64,000 bases of DNA, taken from positions 256,001 to 320,000 of the forward strand of contig OY759599.1 of assembly GCA_963662465.1 (NCBI GenBank). The letters are read 5' to 3'. Shown here one piece after another: positions 22,144-32,965 of this stretch. The notes under the pieces were generated by a model. The model worked only from the letters and a program-made list of their open reading frames with translations. It was not told the origin of the DNA and ran no database searches. Position numbers and translations under genes: made by a program. This DNA is from Desulfatiglandales bacterium. GTDB taxonomy: Bacteria; Desulfobacterota; DSM-4660; Desulfatiglandales; Desulfatiglandaceae. Every line of letters starts with the position of its first letter. Position 1 is the stretch's first letter.

Positions 22144-24047
22144 TTGATGCACTCGTAAAAAGTCAGGAAGCATTTAGGCCAAAATTATGATCATATACTC
22201 ATAATTATGAAGAAATATACCTGAACTTTTTTCAGCCGAGTTCGAAATAAGAAAAAATGCTCTTTGAAAACAAGAATAGCGTGAATTTGAGCAGAAGACC
22301 CTCCTCCCTGAGGTGTTTTAGCACTGTTCATAACCGTTTTGAGCGGCAGTTGCCCTGAAGAGGTTGATTGCTGTGGCTTTTAAGGTGGCACAAAACCGTA
22401 CTGCTTTAAGGCCCCTCACTCTAAGATGCTTAACTCCGGTTTTTCTGTCAAATTCAGACATGGCCGCTTCGACACCTGCACGCCACCGATAACGATCTTT
22501 GAATTCATCTGTTTGTTCATAAGATCTTCGTTTTGCCAATCGCATCTCTTTGGCCTTATAACGAAGGTAGTGGTTCTTTTTCCCTGTCTTTACCGGGCAC
22601 GTTTCCTGAAAAGGACACGCCATGCAGTGTTGAGAATCAAATATGGCGGTGTGCCTGGTTCCAGCTTTGTTTGTTTTGGTTTGGACCGGCGCATGACCTT
22701 CAGGACAGGCAAGAACAACGCCGTTTTCAGATGATTCAAAATCCGAAAGGTTCAGGTGATCTTCTTTCTTTATGGAACCCATAGTGGGGGCTAAAACCTG
22801 TACTCCCAGTGCCTCAGCTTTTTGACAATTCTCATCGCTGCCATAAAGGCTGTCCGCCAGGATTTCTTCGGGAGAGACATTGCGTTGTTTAGCAGATTCG
22901 ATAGCTGGTATCAGAGCATTTGCATCGCTTTCGTGAGAAGGCTCCACTTCGATGTGGGTAATCAAATTCAAACTGGTATCACTTTCACTATCTTTACTGT
23001 AGGTCTCCATGACCTGAACTTGATACCCTTGGCCTTTGTGACCACTATAGGTTGCATCGGGATCTGAAGGGTTTTGAAGAGAATTTGAGGGGATTTCCTT
23101 GGGTTTTTTCACTTCAACTTGTTTGCCGTCATCGGACACATTGCATTGTTCGTTCAAAACACGCTCAAGCAATTTGAAGCTATGCATGCTTTTGATTGCC
23201 GGGTGAAATTTGAATTGTCCAACCAAATCAAATAGATCTGAGCTTACAGAAGCAAGTGTTTTGGATGATTCTGAAGGTTTTACCATGGAAAAACATTGCA
23301 GAGATTTTTCAGAAAGATATTTGTCCCGGATGCTTGCATCTATTGCATCAAACAGCTCTTTGTGATTCCGCTTTAAATTGACCAGGAACTTATGGACAGT
23401 GGCGACAAAAATGCCAATTCTACCCAAACGCCGCATATTCGATTTGATATGAACAGAGTCAATCCTCTGGTTTTCGATATTGGAATTGAAAAGCAGTGCC
23501 GGTTTATTTGTAAAACGATCAAACACCATTGTATCCAGAGACTTTTCAGTAACGATCTGACGCATATTCCAGAAGGTTTTTGCACACATATACTTAGAGG
23601 CATCTGATTCATCAGTAATATTAAGAGCATAGTGCCACTGAATATTAAAAGCCAGCTGGTTTACGGTTTCATCGTCGGTGACGTCATGCGCTTGCTGGAG
23701 GAGTAGAACTCCAAGTACAGTGTAGAGTTCTTTTGTGGGGCGGCCAAAATCTTCTTTAAAAGAAGACGCTATTTCGTCAACGGGCAGTTCGCGGAGGAGT
23801 TCTTTTTGAAATAGCCCGGCCCACGATTGATCCAGCAAATCTCGACGTCTCGGGCTCAAAAAATGCCATGGGTCGAAAAGAACACCCTGATTTTGGTCTT
23901 TGATTCGAATCATACCGTGCACCTGAAGTTTGGTTGATGATATGACTCCTTACGTATCAAAATGTAAGGCAAAATGGAAGCGAAAAAGAGCTATATGCTA
24001 AAATATTTCAACAACTTAAATGAATTTGCTTTTTACGAGACCATCAA
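22144..24047 (-). mobile_element. IS1182-like insertion sequence
   Basis: Imperfect TIRs TTGATGCACTCGTAAAAAG and CTTTTTACGAGACCATCAA around a transposase. Confidence 0.8.
22318..23922 (-). CDS. IS1182-like transposase
   Basis: FGRPTKE, RIDSVHI, SDPDATY, ADSLYG, CPEGH..CMAC..CP and YRWRAGVEA motifs. Confidence 0.88.
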   Translation of the reverse strand: MHGMIRIKDQNQGVLFDPWHFLSPRRRDLLDQSWAGLFQKELLRELPVDEIASSFKEDFGRPTKELYTVLGVLLLQQAHDVTDDETVNQLAFNIQWHYALNITDESDASKYMCAKTFWNMRQIVTEKSLDTMVFDRFTNKPALLFNSNIENQRIDSVHIKSNMRRLGRIGIFVATVHKFLVNLKRNHKELFDAIDASIRDKYLSEKSLQCFSMVKPSESSKTLASVSSDLFDLVGQFKFHPAIKSMHSFKLLERVLNEQCNVSDDGKQVEVKKPKEIPSNSLQNPSDPDATYSGHKGQGYQVQVMETYSKDSESDTSLNLITHIEVEPSHESDANALIPAIESAKQRNVSPEEILADSLYGSDENCQKAEALGVQVLAPTMGSIKKEDHLNLSDFESSENGVVLACPEGHAPVQTKTNKAGTRHTAIFDSQHCMACPFQETCPVKTGKKNHYLRYKAKEMRLAKRRSYEQTDEFKDRYRWRAGVEAAMSEFDRKTGVKHLRVRGLKAVRFCATLKATAINLFRATAAQNGYEQC

Positions 24048-24722
24048 TAATTGATCCATGATAACCTCCATTCCTCCTCATTTGCGTTTTTCCGTGGCTG
24101 CCATTGATTCGAAAAGCGATCCTTGTAATGGGCCTCCTAAAACGCGGATGTCTTTTAACCTCTTATACAAAAGTCAAGACACTTTCGTCACAAAAAAAAT
24201 GATACTTTGGGTTTGCAATAAAAAACCAAAGTATAAGAACCCTCAGAACATTCTGAGAGCTCATCTCTCAGAATGTTGGGATCTATTTGATAATAATAAA
24301 CTTTTCAGCTGCGATGAAAATTGCAAATATCTTTGGCTAGACTTACATCCTTGCGGAAAGAGTATTTCCTCGGATTTGAAAATACTCAGACTCCCCCCTG
24401 CTGCCTCACTTTCTATGCCAAAATCCAAGATATCGTAAGCTCAAAAAACCTGTGATATCAAAAAATCAGATGGCTTGAACGAACGTTGTTATCATGCTAT
24501 CTCTCAGGGCCGGTCGTTCTGGGTATATATTGAGTTATGTTGCGGCCTGCCATAACCCCCTGAAAAACCCTTAATTTTCGCCCTCGCCACGAGATATCGA
24601 GATTAAGCAATAAAAGCAATAGTTTATTTCATATTTTGAGCAACCCGTCTCTCCAAGAGACAACATAATATTTTTACCTTATTCGCAGCTCTCCGTAAAG
24701 GGCTATTGTTTGCATGCCCCCG

Positions 24723-25742
24723 CTATAGACTGTCCAACCAGGCCATCAAATCCCCCTCATTTTCATAATGGAGTAATTCATCTATCTTGGAATCGTCCGT
24801 CAGGGCCGATTGCATGTGCCTCATGAACTGCCTTTGAATGTGGCGCCGTCGATCCAGGTCCAAATGCAGATAGATCGAAGTGGACTGGATGTTGTCATGC
24901 CCCAGATGATTCTTGATATCCGTGATGGGGTCACCGTTGTGGAGCATATCAACTGCTCGCGAGTGCCGGAATGAATGAACGGGATTGATATGTTTCAGAC
25001 GTTTTGGAGGGAGGGCCTTTTGGAGATATTTCCTGCAAATCCGGTAGATTCCATGGCGAGTGAATGACTCTCCCTTTTGATTGATAAAGAGCCGGTTTTC
25101 AAACATGGGCTTTGGGGATATCCGGTATTGTCGAATGTACAACTGAAGCAGGTCACAGGTTTTTGACTCAAGCTTTATGAGTCGAAACCGATTGCCCTTT
25201 CCCAGAATACTGAGGGTTTTCCGGTTGGGGTTAAAATAGTCGATATTCAACTCTGCAATTTCACTGGCCCTGGCTCCGGAATCGTAGAGCAGATGGAGCA
25301 CGGTGTAATCCCTGAACCCCTCTTTTCGTTTAAAATCAACCGCCTGAAACACCCGAAGTATTTCATCCTGGTAAAGAAATCCGATAAGACTCTTCTGCTC
25401 CCGTTTCTGGGGAATATTGAGGATAGCGGTTGCGGCATCCTGTTGATCCGGATGCATAAAGCGAATCATTTTGGCAAAGGATTTGAGTGCCGCAAGACGA
25501 TGATTCCGGGTTTTGGCCCCATTTTTCCTGTCACTTTGAAGATTTTCAAGGAACGAGACGAGAAGTTCCGTTTTAATATGTTCCACACGAAGCGATTTGA
25601 CCTTGATGTTGTAAAACGATGCCGCAAAGGGAAGAAAAATCCTGAAAGCATCCCGATAGGCCTTTATGGTCTGGTAACTGAGCCCCCTGATGGAAGTCAG
25701 GTATTGATCAAAGAACTGATGCACCAGGGGTGAAAGTTTCAT
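24723..25742 (-). CDS. Tyrosine recombinase (RitC-like, outer element)
   Basis: YDSGARASE, GKGNR, HSFRHS and LGHDNIQSTSIY motifs. Confidence 0.92.
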   Translation of the reverse strand: MKLSPLVHQFFDQYLTSIRGLSYQTIKAYRDAFRIFLPFAASFYNIKVKSLRVEHIKTELLVSFLENLQSDRKNGAKTRNHRLAALKSFAKMIRFMHPDQQDAATAILNIPQKREQKSLIGFLYQDEILRVFQAVDFKRKEGFRDYTVLHLLYDSGARASEIAELNIDYFNPNRKTLSILGKGNRFRLIKLESKTCDLLQLYIRQYRISPKPMFENRLFINQKGESFTRHGIYRICRKYLQKALPPKRLKHINPVHSFRHSRAVDMLHNGDPITDIKNHLGHDNIQSTSIYLHLDLDRRRHIQRQFMRHMQSALTDDSKIDELLHYENEGDLMAWLDSL

Positions 25743-25937
25743 TTGTTTACTCTCTGCCAAAGACAAAAATCAACGAGATCTTTGCGATTCATGGCATCTG
25801 AAACCCGGAGATAAACACTGGTGCAAATGTAATCCGTGTGACCCAGATAGGCCGCCAGTATGGGTAAAGCGTTTTGGGCGGATTCACCTGATTTCCGGAT
25901 TCTGTTGAGGGTGTTCACGGCAAAAGAATGGCGCAGC
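25739..25937 (-). pseudogene. C-terminal part of the interrupted outer RitB-like recombinase
   Basis: LRHSFAVNTL...LAAYLGH..TSVYL; joins 29421-30205 in frame once the insertion is removed. Confidence 0.9.
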
Positions 25938-26097
25938 AAATCCAAACGTTTGGATTTGCTGCGTTATCCAAACCTAAATAAAATCCAAACCTTTTCTTAA
26001 ATAACCTGATATTTAAGTATTTTTATCGGAAAAGGTTTGGATTTTATTGCATAACGTATGACCTTTTTATCAAACAAATGAACAGGAGGTCATACGA

Positions 26098-27336
26098 ATG
26101 AATGTACAAAATCTGCGGGATAATTATCCCAAACTCATTTCCTACATGGAAACCAACGGTTACTCAAAAACTTACGTTGACAGTTTTAAAAGGGAGATTA
26201 AAAAAACTCTGGCGTCTGAGGATTCAGAGGAATGGTCATGTTATAAAGATGTATATTTGGGATACACCAAAAAATCATATTCTCCTAACACTCTTCGCGA
26301 TAAACGGACTGTCATTGGAGCCATTGAGCAGTTTGATGTTCATGACAGATACCCGAATGGAAGGTGCAGGCATCAACTCTTCGAAAGGGGTTCTTATCCC
26401 TTGTTGTCACCGGAATTCAAATCCGTCATCGATCTTTACCATGAAGTTGAAAAGAAACGTGGCAAGAAAAAATCTGCTACCGTTTATACCGAATCCCATA
26501 ATGCATCCACATTTTTCTTATCCCTTCAGCAAAAAGGAATTAACGGCCTGGGAAAGACTACAGAAGAAGCCGTGCTTTCAATATTTATGTCCCCGGATGA
26601 AACCCTGCTCAAGAGCTGTTCTTACAAAAAAAACATTGCTGCGGTATTGAAGGCGTGTATCCCTTATCATCCAGAAACATGTCCTCAAATTTTAGCCTTC
26701 CTTCCCGCTTTAAGGGAAACTCGAAAAAATATTCAGTACCTTACATCGAAGGAAATCCAGAAAGTTAAGGGCGTACTGGCTGATGGTGAAAATCTTCTTA
26801 CGCTCCGTGACAAAGCAATTGGAATGCTTGCACTTTACACAGGCGTGCGTGGCTGTGATATTGCAGGATTGAAACTTGACGATATTGACTGGAACAGGGA
26901 TTTTATTGATATCAAACAGCAGAAAACAGCAATCCCTCTTGAACTTCCTTTAACAGCAGTTGTCGGAAATGCCATTTATGACTATCTGACGTCAGAGCGC
27001 CCACGCACAGAAAGCAGATATATTTTTGTTTCCCAGCTTAAACCATATGAACAACTGAAAAACAAAAGCATTGGCAACGTGGCAGCTCTGATCATGAAAG
27101 CAGCAGGTATCCGGCAGTTAAAAGGCGATCGGAAAGGATTTCATATCTTCCGCCATCACTTTGCCACAGAACTTTTGGGGAACGGAGTTCCTCAGCCTGT
27201 TATCAGCAGGACACTTGGTCACACTTCACCAGATTCTCTTGAATCATACCTAAGAGCAGATTTCCCGCATTTGAAGGAATGTGCCATCAGCATAGAAGGT
27301 GTTCCTGTACCAAAGGAGGTGTTTTACCATGAATAA
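26098..27336 (+). CDS. Tyrosine recombinase (RitA-like)
   Basis: YTGVRGCDI, QQKT, HIFRHHFA and LGHTSPDSLESY motifs. Confidence 0.93.
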   Translation: MNVQNLRDNYPKLISYMETNGYSKTYVDSFKREIKKTLASEDSEEWSCYKDVYLGYTKKSYSPNTLRDKRTVIGAIEQFDVHDRYPNGRCRHQLFERGSYPLLSPEFKSVIDLYHEVEKKRGKKKSATVYTESHNASTFFLSLQQKGINGLGKTTEEAVLSIFMSPDETLLKSCSYKKNIAAVLKACIPYHPETCPQILAFLPALRETRKNIQYLTSKEIQKVKGVLADGENLLTLRDKAIGMLALYTGVRGCDIAGLKLDDIDWNRDFIDIKQQKTAIPLELPLTAVVGNAIYDYLTSERPRTESRYIFVSQLKPYEQLKNKSIGNVAALIMKAAGIRQLKGDRKGFHIFRHHFATELLGNGVPQPVISRTLGHTSPDSLESYLRADFPHLKECAISIEGVPVPKEVFYHE

Positions 27337-28303
27337 ATTCACTTCTTTTCTTGCGCCGCTCATGCAGGCATATGTTTTCTATCAAAAAGCATCCGGACGT
27401 TGGAGTGAAGCTTCTTCTTATGGACCAAACCTCATCCTGTTTGACCGATACTGCAAGAAGCAACATCCGGAAGCTGCACTTCTATCTCAGGAAATGGTGA
27501 ATGGATGGTGCCATCAGCGCGACACAGAATCCAACAATTCGTGCAGATCAAGAATCAATGTTGTTGTAAGTTTTATACGATACTTGAGAAAGCGCGGAAA
27601 AACAGATGTCATGGAGCCTGAAATTCCAAGGAAAGAGCGATGCACATATATTCCCCATTCTTTTACAGGTGTTGAGCTGGAAAATTTTTTCCATGCTTGT
27701 GATAGCCTGCCTTCAGTATCCCACACTCCCGAACAGCGATCACGGAAAATAACTATTCCTGTGTTCTTCCGTTTTCTTTACAGTAGTGGAATACGAACTT
27801 ATGAGGCAAGAATGCTGAGGGTTAAGGACGTCGACTTGTGCAATGGGATTATGAATATCCGTTATTCCAAGGGGAGTGCTCAGCACTACGTAGTGCTACA
27901 TGACTCCATGAATAAACTTTTAAAAATATATGACGAAGCTATACGGAAGCAGTACCCTCACAGAACTTATTTTTTCCCTGCAAAAGGTAACACTTTCCAT
28001 AAAAGGAAATGGGTACAGACAAATTTTCGGGAATTGTGGGATAAATATAATAGCTCTCATGCTACTGCATATGAGCTCAGGCACCATTATGCCATAAAAA
28101 ACATCAACCGCTGGACAGATGAAGGCTTTGGGTTTGATGCGAAACTGCTCTATCTCAGCAAAAGCATGGGACACAGCACACTGGAAAGCACAAAATATTA
28201 TTATTCCCTTGTTCCCGGAATGGCTGACATCTTGGAAGAAAAAACAGGAATGGATTTCGAAAGCATTGTGCCGGAGGTGGATTATGAAGAAAGCGACGAA
28301 TGA
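27329..28303 (+). CDS. Tyrosine recombinase (RitB-like)
   Basis: YSSGIRTYE, SKG, YELRHHYA and MGHSTLESTKYY motifs. Confidence 0.93.
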   Translation: MNKFTSFLAPLMQAYVFYQKASGRWSEASSYGPNLILFDRYCKKQHPEAALLSQEMVNGWCHQRDTESNNSCRSRINVVVSFIRYLRKRGKTDVMEPEIPRKERCTYIPHSFTGVELENFFHACDSLPSVSHTPEQRSRKITIPVFFRFLYSSGIRTYEARMLRVKDVDLCNGIMNIRYSKGSAQHYVVLHDSMNKLLKIYDEAIRKQYPHRTYFFPAKGNTFHKRKWVQTNFRELWDKYNSSHATAYELRHHYAIKNINRWTDEGFGFDAKLLYLSKSMGHSTLESTKYYYSLVPGMADILEEKTGMDFESIVPEVDYEESDE

Positions 28304-29333
28304 GTCTGTTGTAATCGCACGCCATATCAATGCTTTTTTGAATGAATATGTTCCTTCCCAGAAAAGTCACAGCAGCCACACATTGAAATCCTATCAGTAT
28401 GCTCTGGCTTTATATATCGGTTTTTTGGAGGCCAAAAAAGGAATAAGTACAGAAAGCTTGTGTGGTGGATGTTTCAGAAGAATAATAATCGAGGAATGGC
28501 TGCAATGGCTGATAGAAGTGCGTTGTTGCAGGCCGGAAACCTGTAACAACCGGTTAGCATCCTTAAGAGCATTCCTAAAATACATGGCCAGTAGGGAAGT
28601 CCGCCTGCTGTACCTTTCCGAGGAGGCAACAAGAATTCCACGGAAAAAGGAAATACGCAAAAGAGTAAAAGGGATGAGCAAAAAAGCAGTACGGGTATTG
28701 TTATCGGTTCCGGATTTATCCAGAAAAACAGGGCGAAGGGATCTATCACTTATGATTGTCATATACAGCACTGCCGCCAGAATAGATGAAATACTGTCTT
28801 TAAAAACAGAACAACTTCATTTGGACGTGGAAAAGCCGAATATCACCATCATTGGAAAGGGAAGCAAAATAAGAACCCTGTATCTTCTACCTAAGGCTGT
28901 TGCACATTTAAAAAAATATCTGGGAGAATTTCATGGTGATACTCCAGATCCAGAAGCTTATGTTTTTTATTCAAGGAACACCGGATCACATGGGAAAATG
29001 AGTCAGACTGCAGTAAACAAGCAACTGAAAAAACATGCCAGAGCCGCCCATGAAATATGTGATGAGGTACCACGAGATCTTCATGCGCATCAACTGAGAC
29101 ATGCAAAGGCCTCCCACTGGCTGGAAGATGGCATGAATATCGTACAAATTTCATTTCTTTTAGGGCATGAGCAGTTACAGACAACGATGATATATATGGA
29201 CATTACCCTAGAGCAGGAATTGAAAGCCCTTGCAACACTTGAAGATGAAAACGACAAGAAGGTATCAAAGAAATGGAAAAATCAAAAAGATGGTCTGGCG
29301 GATTTCTGTGGCGTTAAGTCAATGAAGAAGTAA
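28284..29333 (+). CDS. Tyrosine recombinase (RitC-like)
   Basis: YSTAARIDE, GKGSK, HQLRHAKA and LGHEQLQTTMIY motifs. Confidence 0.93.
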   Translation: MKKATNESVVIARHINAFLNEYVPSQKSHSSHTLKSYQYALALYIGFLEAKKGISTESLCGGCFRRIIIEEWLQWLIEVRCCRPETCNNRLASLRAFLKYMASREVRLLYLSEEATRIPRKKEIRKRVKGMSKKAVRVLLSVPDLSRKTGRRDLSLMIVIYSTAARIDEILSLKTEQLHLDVEKPNITIIGKGSKIRTLYLLPKAVAHLKKYLGEFHGDTPDPEAYVFYSRNTGSHGKMSQTAVNKQLKKHARAAHEICDEVPRDLHAHQLRHAKASHWLEDGMNIVQISFLLGHEQLQTTMIYMDITLEQELKALATLEDENDKKVSKKWKNQKDGLADFCGVKSMKK

Positions 29334-29420
29334 AAAATAAAATCCAAACTTTTTTGTATCGAATTCCTTAAATATCAGACATCTTTAAAAAAGGTTTGGA
29401 TTTTATTTAGGTTTGGATAA

Positions 29421-30205
29421 CGCAGCGAATGAGGTGTGGGTCCGTTGAAGTTCACATTGCCCAAAACTTTTCTGGGTTGCTTTAAGCCAGTGTCACTTAC
29501 CGCCTTATGAAACGCGGCCCTGACAGTAGTGTCACTCAAACTCCGCTCTTTTCTGCCGGCAAACAGAAAGGGATTCTTATCGTTTGGGCGAAGACTTTGG
29601 CGGACAGAGAGATAGTTTTCGATCTCTGCCACAACTTTTTTGGGAATCGGAATGATTCTGTCTTTGCCGAACTTGGTCCTTTCAATATAGAGGGTGGCAT
29701 CATCCCGGCGGTAGTTGCACCGCAAAAGTTTGATGGGTTCAGAGATCCTTGTTCCGCACCGGGCCATGACCAGCACCACCATATAAATAGCCAGGTCAGT
29801 CAAAAAACATCCGTTGGTCGTTCGAATGTTTTTGGAGACCGACTTCAACAGCAGGTCGATTTGATCGGGAGAGAAAACAAAGGGTACAACGACGTTTTTT
29901 TTAAGCCTCGGAACATCCTGTAAGGGATTATGGTCCACATAACCACGACCGGCAAGAAAATGGAAGAAGCCCCGAATCGAGGAAAAAATAGCGTTGATAC
30001 TCCGCGTTTCCTGGGTGAGTGCTGCTCTCATTTCAAGGAAAAAATCAGGCGTAAAAGAATGCCGGTCAGCTTCTGTTTTCCGAAGATAATCATCAAAAGT
30101 CAGAAGATGTGAGAGAACAGACCCCTTTTTATAGCCGAGACTTTTACGACGATACCGAAGGTAATCCTCCATCTCAGAGGCAAGAAAGCTTTTAAAGGGT
30201 CTCAT
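29421..30205 (-). pseudogene. N-terminal part of the outer RitB-like recombinase, interrupted at PHSLR|H
   Basis: CGTRISE and TKFGKDRIIP motifs; ends ...PTPHSLR and then reads into the inner TIR. Confidence 0.9.
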
Positions 30206-31139
30206 TGAGCAAAACCTTTCTCATCAGTTCGATGTGGATGTGGAGATACCGCTGAGTGCACCGAATGTTCCGATGCCCCAGCATTTCCTTGATTTCATAA
30301 ATGGAACGACCCACAATCAGTAAACCCTGTGCATAGCTGTGTCTGAGCCAATAGGCACTCGAAGACAGTCCGGCTTCTCTCATGGCGTTTGAGATATGAA
30401 AACCAACCAAATTGGGCCTCATTGGCCTATAGGGCTTGTCGCAGGTCAAAAATAGTTCTCTGCAATCGCTTTCAGACCGGGCCTTGTGGACATAAGCCGC
30501 AATGGCTTTGAGGGTCTTATGGGGAATGGGCAGCACAACGGGATTGCCATTTTTCCTGCTGTTTATGGTGATCTCTCCTTCTTGAAACGATATGTCATCC
30601 AGGGTGATGCGGCTGATCTCATCGGGTCTCAAGCCCAACGAGTAGGCCAGAACCGTCATGGCATAGGTTCGAATCTGTGTTGGCGTCTCCAGGCTGAGGC
30701 TTTCGAAGAGTGTCTTGATTTCATTCGGCCGGAGAAATTTTGGCGGTCTTAACTGGTTGAACACCCGGGGACTCACCACCCCATAAGACAGGTCTTTTCT
30801 GGTAATCTTTTCGTCAAACAGATAGCTTAAAAATCTTCTCAGCTTACCTCGATAGATATTTCGGGTCTGGGTGGAAAAGGATTTGAGAAAATCGGCCTGA
30901 AAAGCATCAATATGTTCGAGCTTCAAACCGGAAAGTGTAATTTGGTGCTGTTCAAGATAGAGGTGAAATGAAGCCAGGACCCGTCTTGTGGCTTTGGCAT
31001 TCTTACTGGAAATGACCTGACGTTCACGGATACAAAAGAGATGCTTCTCGTAAATATCGGGGAGGCGAATCTGGTGGTTTTGAACCGGGTGGGGCGCCAT
31101 CCGGTCTTTTCCATACCGTCTGATATCATCTGTTCCCAT
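30192..31139 (-). CDS. Tyrosine recombinase (RitA-like, outer; N-terminus possibly shortened)
   Basis: YSLGLRPDE, YWLRHSYA and LGHRNIRCTQRY motifs. Confidence 0.88.
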   Translation of the reverse strand: MGTDDIRRYGKDRMAPHPVQNHQIRLPDIYEKHLFCIRERQVISSKNAKATRRVLASFHLYLEQHQITLSGLKLEHIDAFQADFLKSFSTQTRNIYRGKLRRFLSYLFDEKITRKDLSYGVVSPRVFNQLRPPKFLRPNEIKTLFESLSLETPTQIRTYAMTVLAYSLGLRPDEISRITLDDISFQEGEITINSRKNGNPVVLPIPHKTLKAIAAYVHKARSESDCRELFLTCDKPYRPMRPNLVGFHISNAMREAGLSSSAYWLRHSYAQGLLIVGRSIYEIKEMLGHRNIRCTQRYLHIHIELMRKVLLNETL

Positions 31140-31140
31140 T

Positions 31141-31527
31141 TCAGATCTCCCTAATAGATTGCTGGATAAGGTTCTCTATTTTCAACCTTCCATGGTTTTG
31201 CCGGTGCTTTTTGGGGGCCGATTCTTTGGGTAAATCGAGTACCTGGAAAAGGCTTCCGTCAAATGCAATCAAATCCGTTTTTATCAGAGAGTCCCGGGCT
31301 TCAATGTATTCATCCACGGTGATTTTCAGAAACTTACAGATCCTGTCATAGGAGTAATAGGAAAGGCCGTTTCGATCGGAAGCCAAAACAAGAAAGAAGT
31401 ATAAAAGGATTTCCTGAGGCCTTAAAGCGTCCAGAAAACCATCCCGAAGGAACTTGTGAGGAATAAAACTGAAGCCGCCATTAATGCGTCTGACCCGATC
31501 CGGGTCCAGTATCTTTTTCTTGATCAT
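31141..31527 (-). CDS. Small HTH-like protein carried by the element
   Basis: LLYFFLVLASDRNGLSYYSYDRICKFL resembles the winged-HTH N-termini of replication-initiator-like proteins; GGAG RBS. Confidence 0.6.
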   Translation of the reverse strand: MIKKKILDPDRVRRINGGFSFIPHKFLRDGFLDALRPQEILLYFFLVLASDRNGLSYYSYDRICKFLKITVDEYIEARDSLIKTDLIAFDGSLFQVLDLPKESAPKKHRQNHGRLKIENLIQQSIREI

Positions 31528-31661
31528 GATTGACTCCTTTCCGGGTCTGATTTGGGGAAATCAAGATGCATGAGTTCATCAAGCTGGCTGAACAACCATC
31601 GACAAACCGCTTTTTGGTATCTTTCATGCTGATTCCTCCCCGTGGAGCCAATCTACGACCT

Positions 31662-32273
31662 TTAAAGGGGTGGGTCAGTCCCCGTATGGTGTTGGAAGCG
31701 GTTATTCCTGATTTTTTCTGATCCAGGGTGGGTACAAAAGCCCAAAGGAGGCGGCAGAATCTGTAGAAATGGGGCTGCATATTGCCGGAGTTCTGGAAGA
31801 ACATATGACACGCAAAGCGTCTGGCGAAAGGACGACAAGGTCGGCTCACAGGCTGAAAACATAGAAGGCATAAGTTCGATCAACATCTTTAATGCTGATC
31901 GGATGGGAAGGATTCTCCGTCTAACCCAGCGAAGGGCACCCGGGAGAAAAATATCAACGCGAATCCTTTCAACTGCCTTCTCTTGAGATGGGGCTTTTTC
32001 AACTTCTTCGATGATGTTTTCGACTTGTTTCAATTCCCCCGGTAGCCTTGCCGATAAACAGTCCGGGAGAAAGCTGAATGTTTCATGCCCCATTTTGCAG
32101 TACCATCTGGCGATTTTTGTTCCTTCCGGATACTTTCTACTGTAGGTGCCGTTCTTACCAAAACCACAGCCACCTTCAGGATGAATCGGGCATTTTTCAA
32201 GCTTTACGTCCTTCCAGGCTTCGCTTTGAACGTATTCCTCAGCGGATAAATCCGTTGCAAACCTCAGTTGCAT
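31662..32273 (-). CDS. Zn-ribbon protein (DUF6431-like) carried by the element
   Basis: CPIH..C..NGTYSRK...RWYC..HETFSFLPDCL. Confidence 0.6.
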   Translation of the reverse strand: MQLRFATDLSAEEYVQSEAWKDVKLEKCPIHPEGGCGFGKNGTYSRKYPEGTKIARWYCKMGHETFSFLPDCLSARLPGELKQVENIIEEVEKAPSQEKAVERIRVDIFLPGALRWVRRRILPIRSALKMLIELMPSMFSACEPTLSSFRQTLCVSYVLPELRQYAAPFLQILPPPLGFCTHPGSEKIRNNRFQHHTGTDPPL

Positions 32274-32318
32274 AACAAAGCCCTTGCCTCAAATGGAAAT
32301 TAATGAGAGCATCCGGTC

Positions 32319-32720
32319 ATGGTCAAAATCGGTCGAAATGCACCATGTCCCTGTGGCAGTGGTAAAAAGTATAAGAAATGCTGCTTGTCGGCACAACCAG
32401 AGAAATGGCCCGTCAAAGAGCAGCGGTTCATACCGGTCTACACGGAACTTGATCAACTGTCGAACAGCGTCGTTGATCTCATAAAACAGAAAAAACTCGA
32501 TGAAGCTGAAATCATATCACGGAAATTTCTTGATGAATACCCCGACCAAGTCGATGGCTTTAACCGGCTGGCGATGGTTTATGAGGCCCGTGGTGAAAGA
32601 AGAAAGGCCGCGGAGTACTTCAGAAAAGCCCACCGTTTCGCTATGTCAAATGAGGGTTTCGACCAAGACATTGTTGATTGGTATTTATCGGAGGCGAAAC
32701 GGTTGGAATCTCAAAAATAA
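32319..32720 (+). CDS. SEC-C motif plus TPR protein
   Basis: [20 protein letters not shown] followed by TPR-like helices. Confidence 0.85.
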   Translation: MVKIGRNAPCPCGSGKKYKKCCLSAQPEKWPVKEQRFIPVYTELDQLSNSVVDLIKQKKLDEAEIISRKFLDEYPDQVDGFNRLAMVYEARGERRKAAEYFRKAHRFAMSNEGFDQDIVDWYLSEAKRLESQK

Positions 32721-32965
32721 GATGGAATGAAAGGAATTAAATGGATTCCTTATAAAAGGAATCTGGGAATCAAAAGGAAGGAATCAAATCTCGCAACATA
32801 ACGGACCCCGCAACATAAATTGAGAGTATCCAAAAAAATCGGCACCATCATAACCTTGTGATACCCCTTATATGCCCCCAGCTACCGTCATGCTTGCTTT
32901 TCCCTTTCCAGCGTAGCATAAGAAATCACCTGTGAAGGATTTCAAGCTGGGACTACCTCATTTTG

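Larger units (their letters stand above)
25964..29420 (+). mobile_element. RIT element (inner), apparently intact
   Basis: Perfect 32-bp TIR TTATCCAAACCTAAATAAAATCCAAACCTTTT at both ends; three overlapping tyrosine recombinase genes. Confidence 0.92.
24535..32818 (-). mobile_element. Extended RIT-like tyrosine-recombinase element (outer)
   Basis: Ends TTATGTTGCG (24535) and CGCAACATAA-N7-CGCAACATAA (ends 32818), flanked by the direct repeat ATTGAG (24529-24534 and 32819-32824); carries three tandem recombinases plus three accessory genes. Confidence 0.75.

Noticed and set aside
24058..24438. 126-aa ORF between the IS and the RIT
   Set aside because: No recognisable motif and opposite to the cassette orientation; probably noise in a decayed cassette.
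24723..31139. One of the tyrosine recombinases as the integron integrase IntI
   Set aside because: They form trios inside TIR-bounded elements inserted within a cassette, and no IntI-specific insertion is evident.
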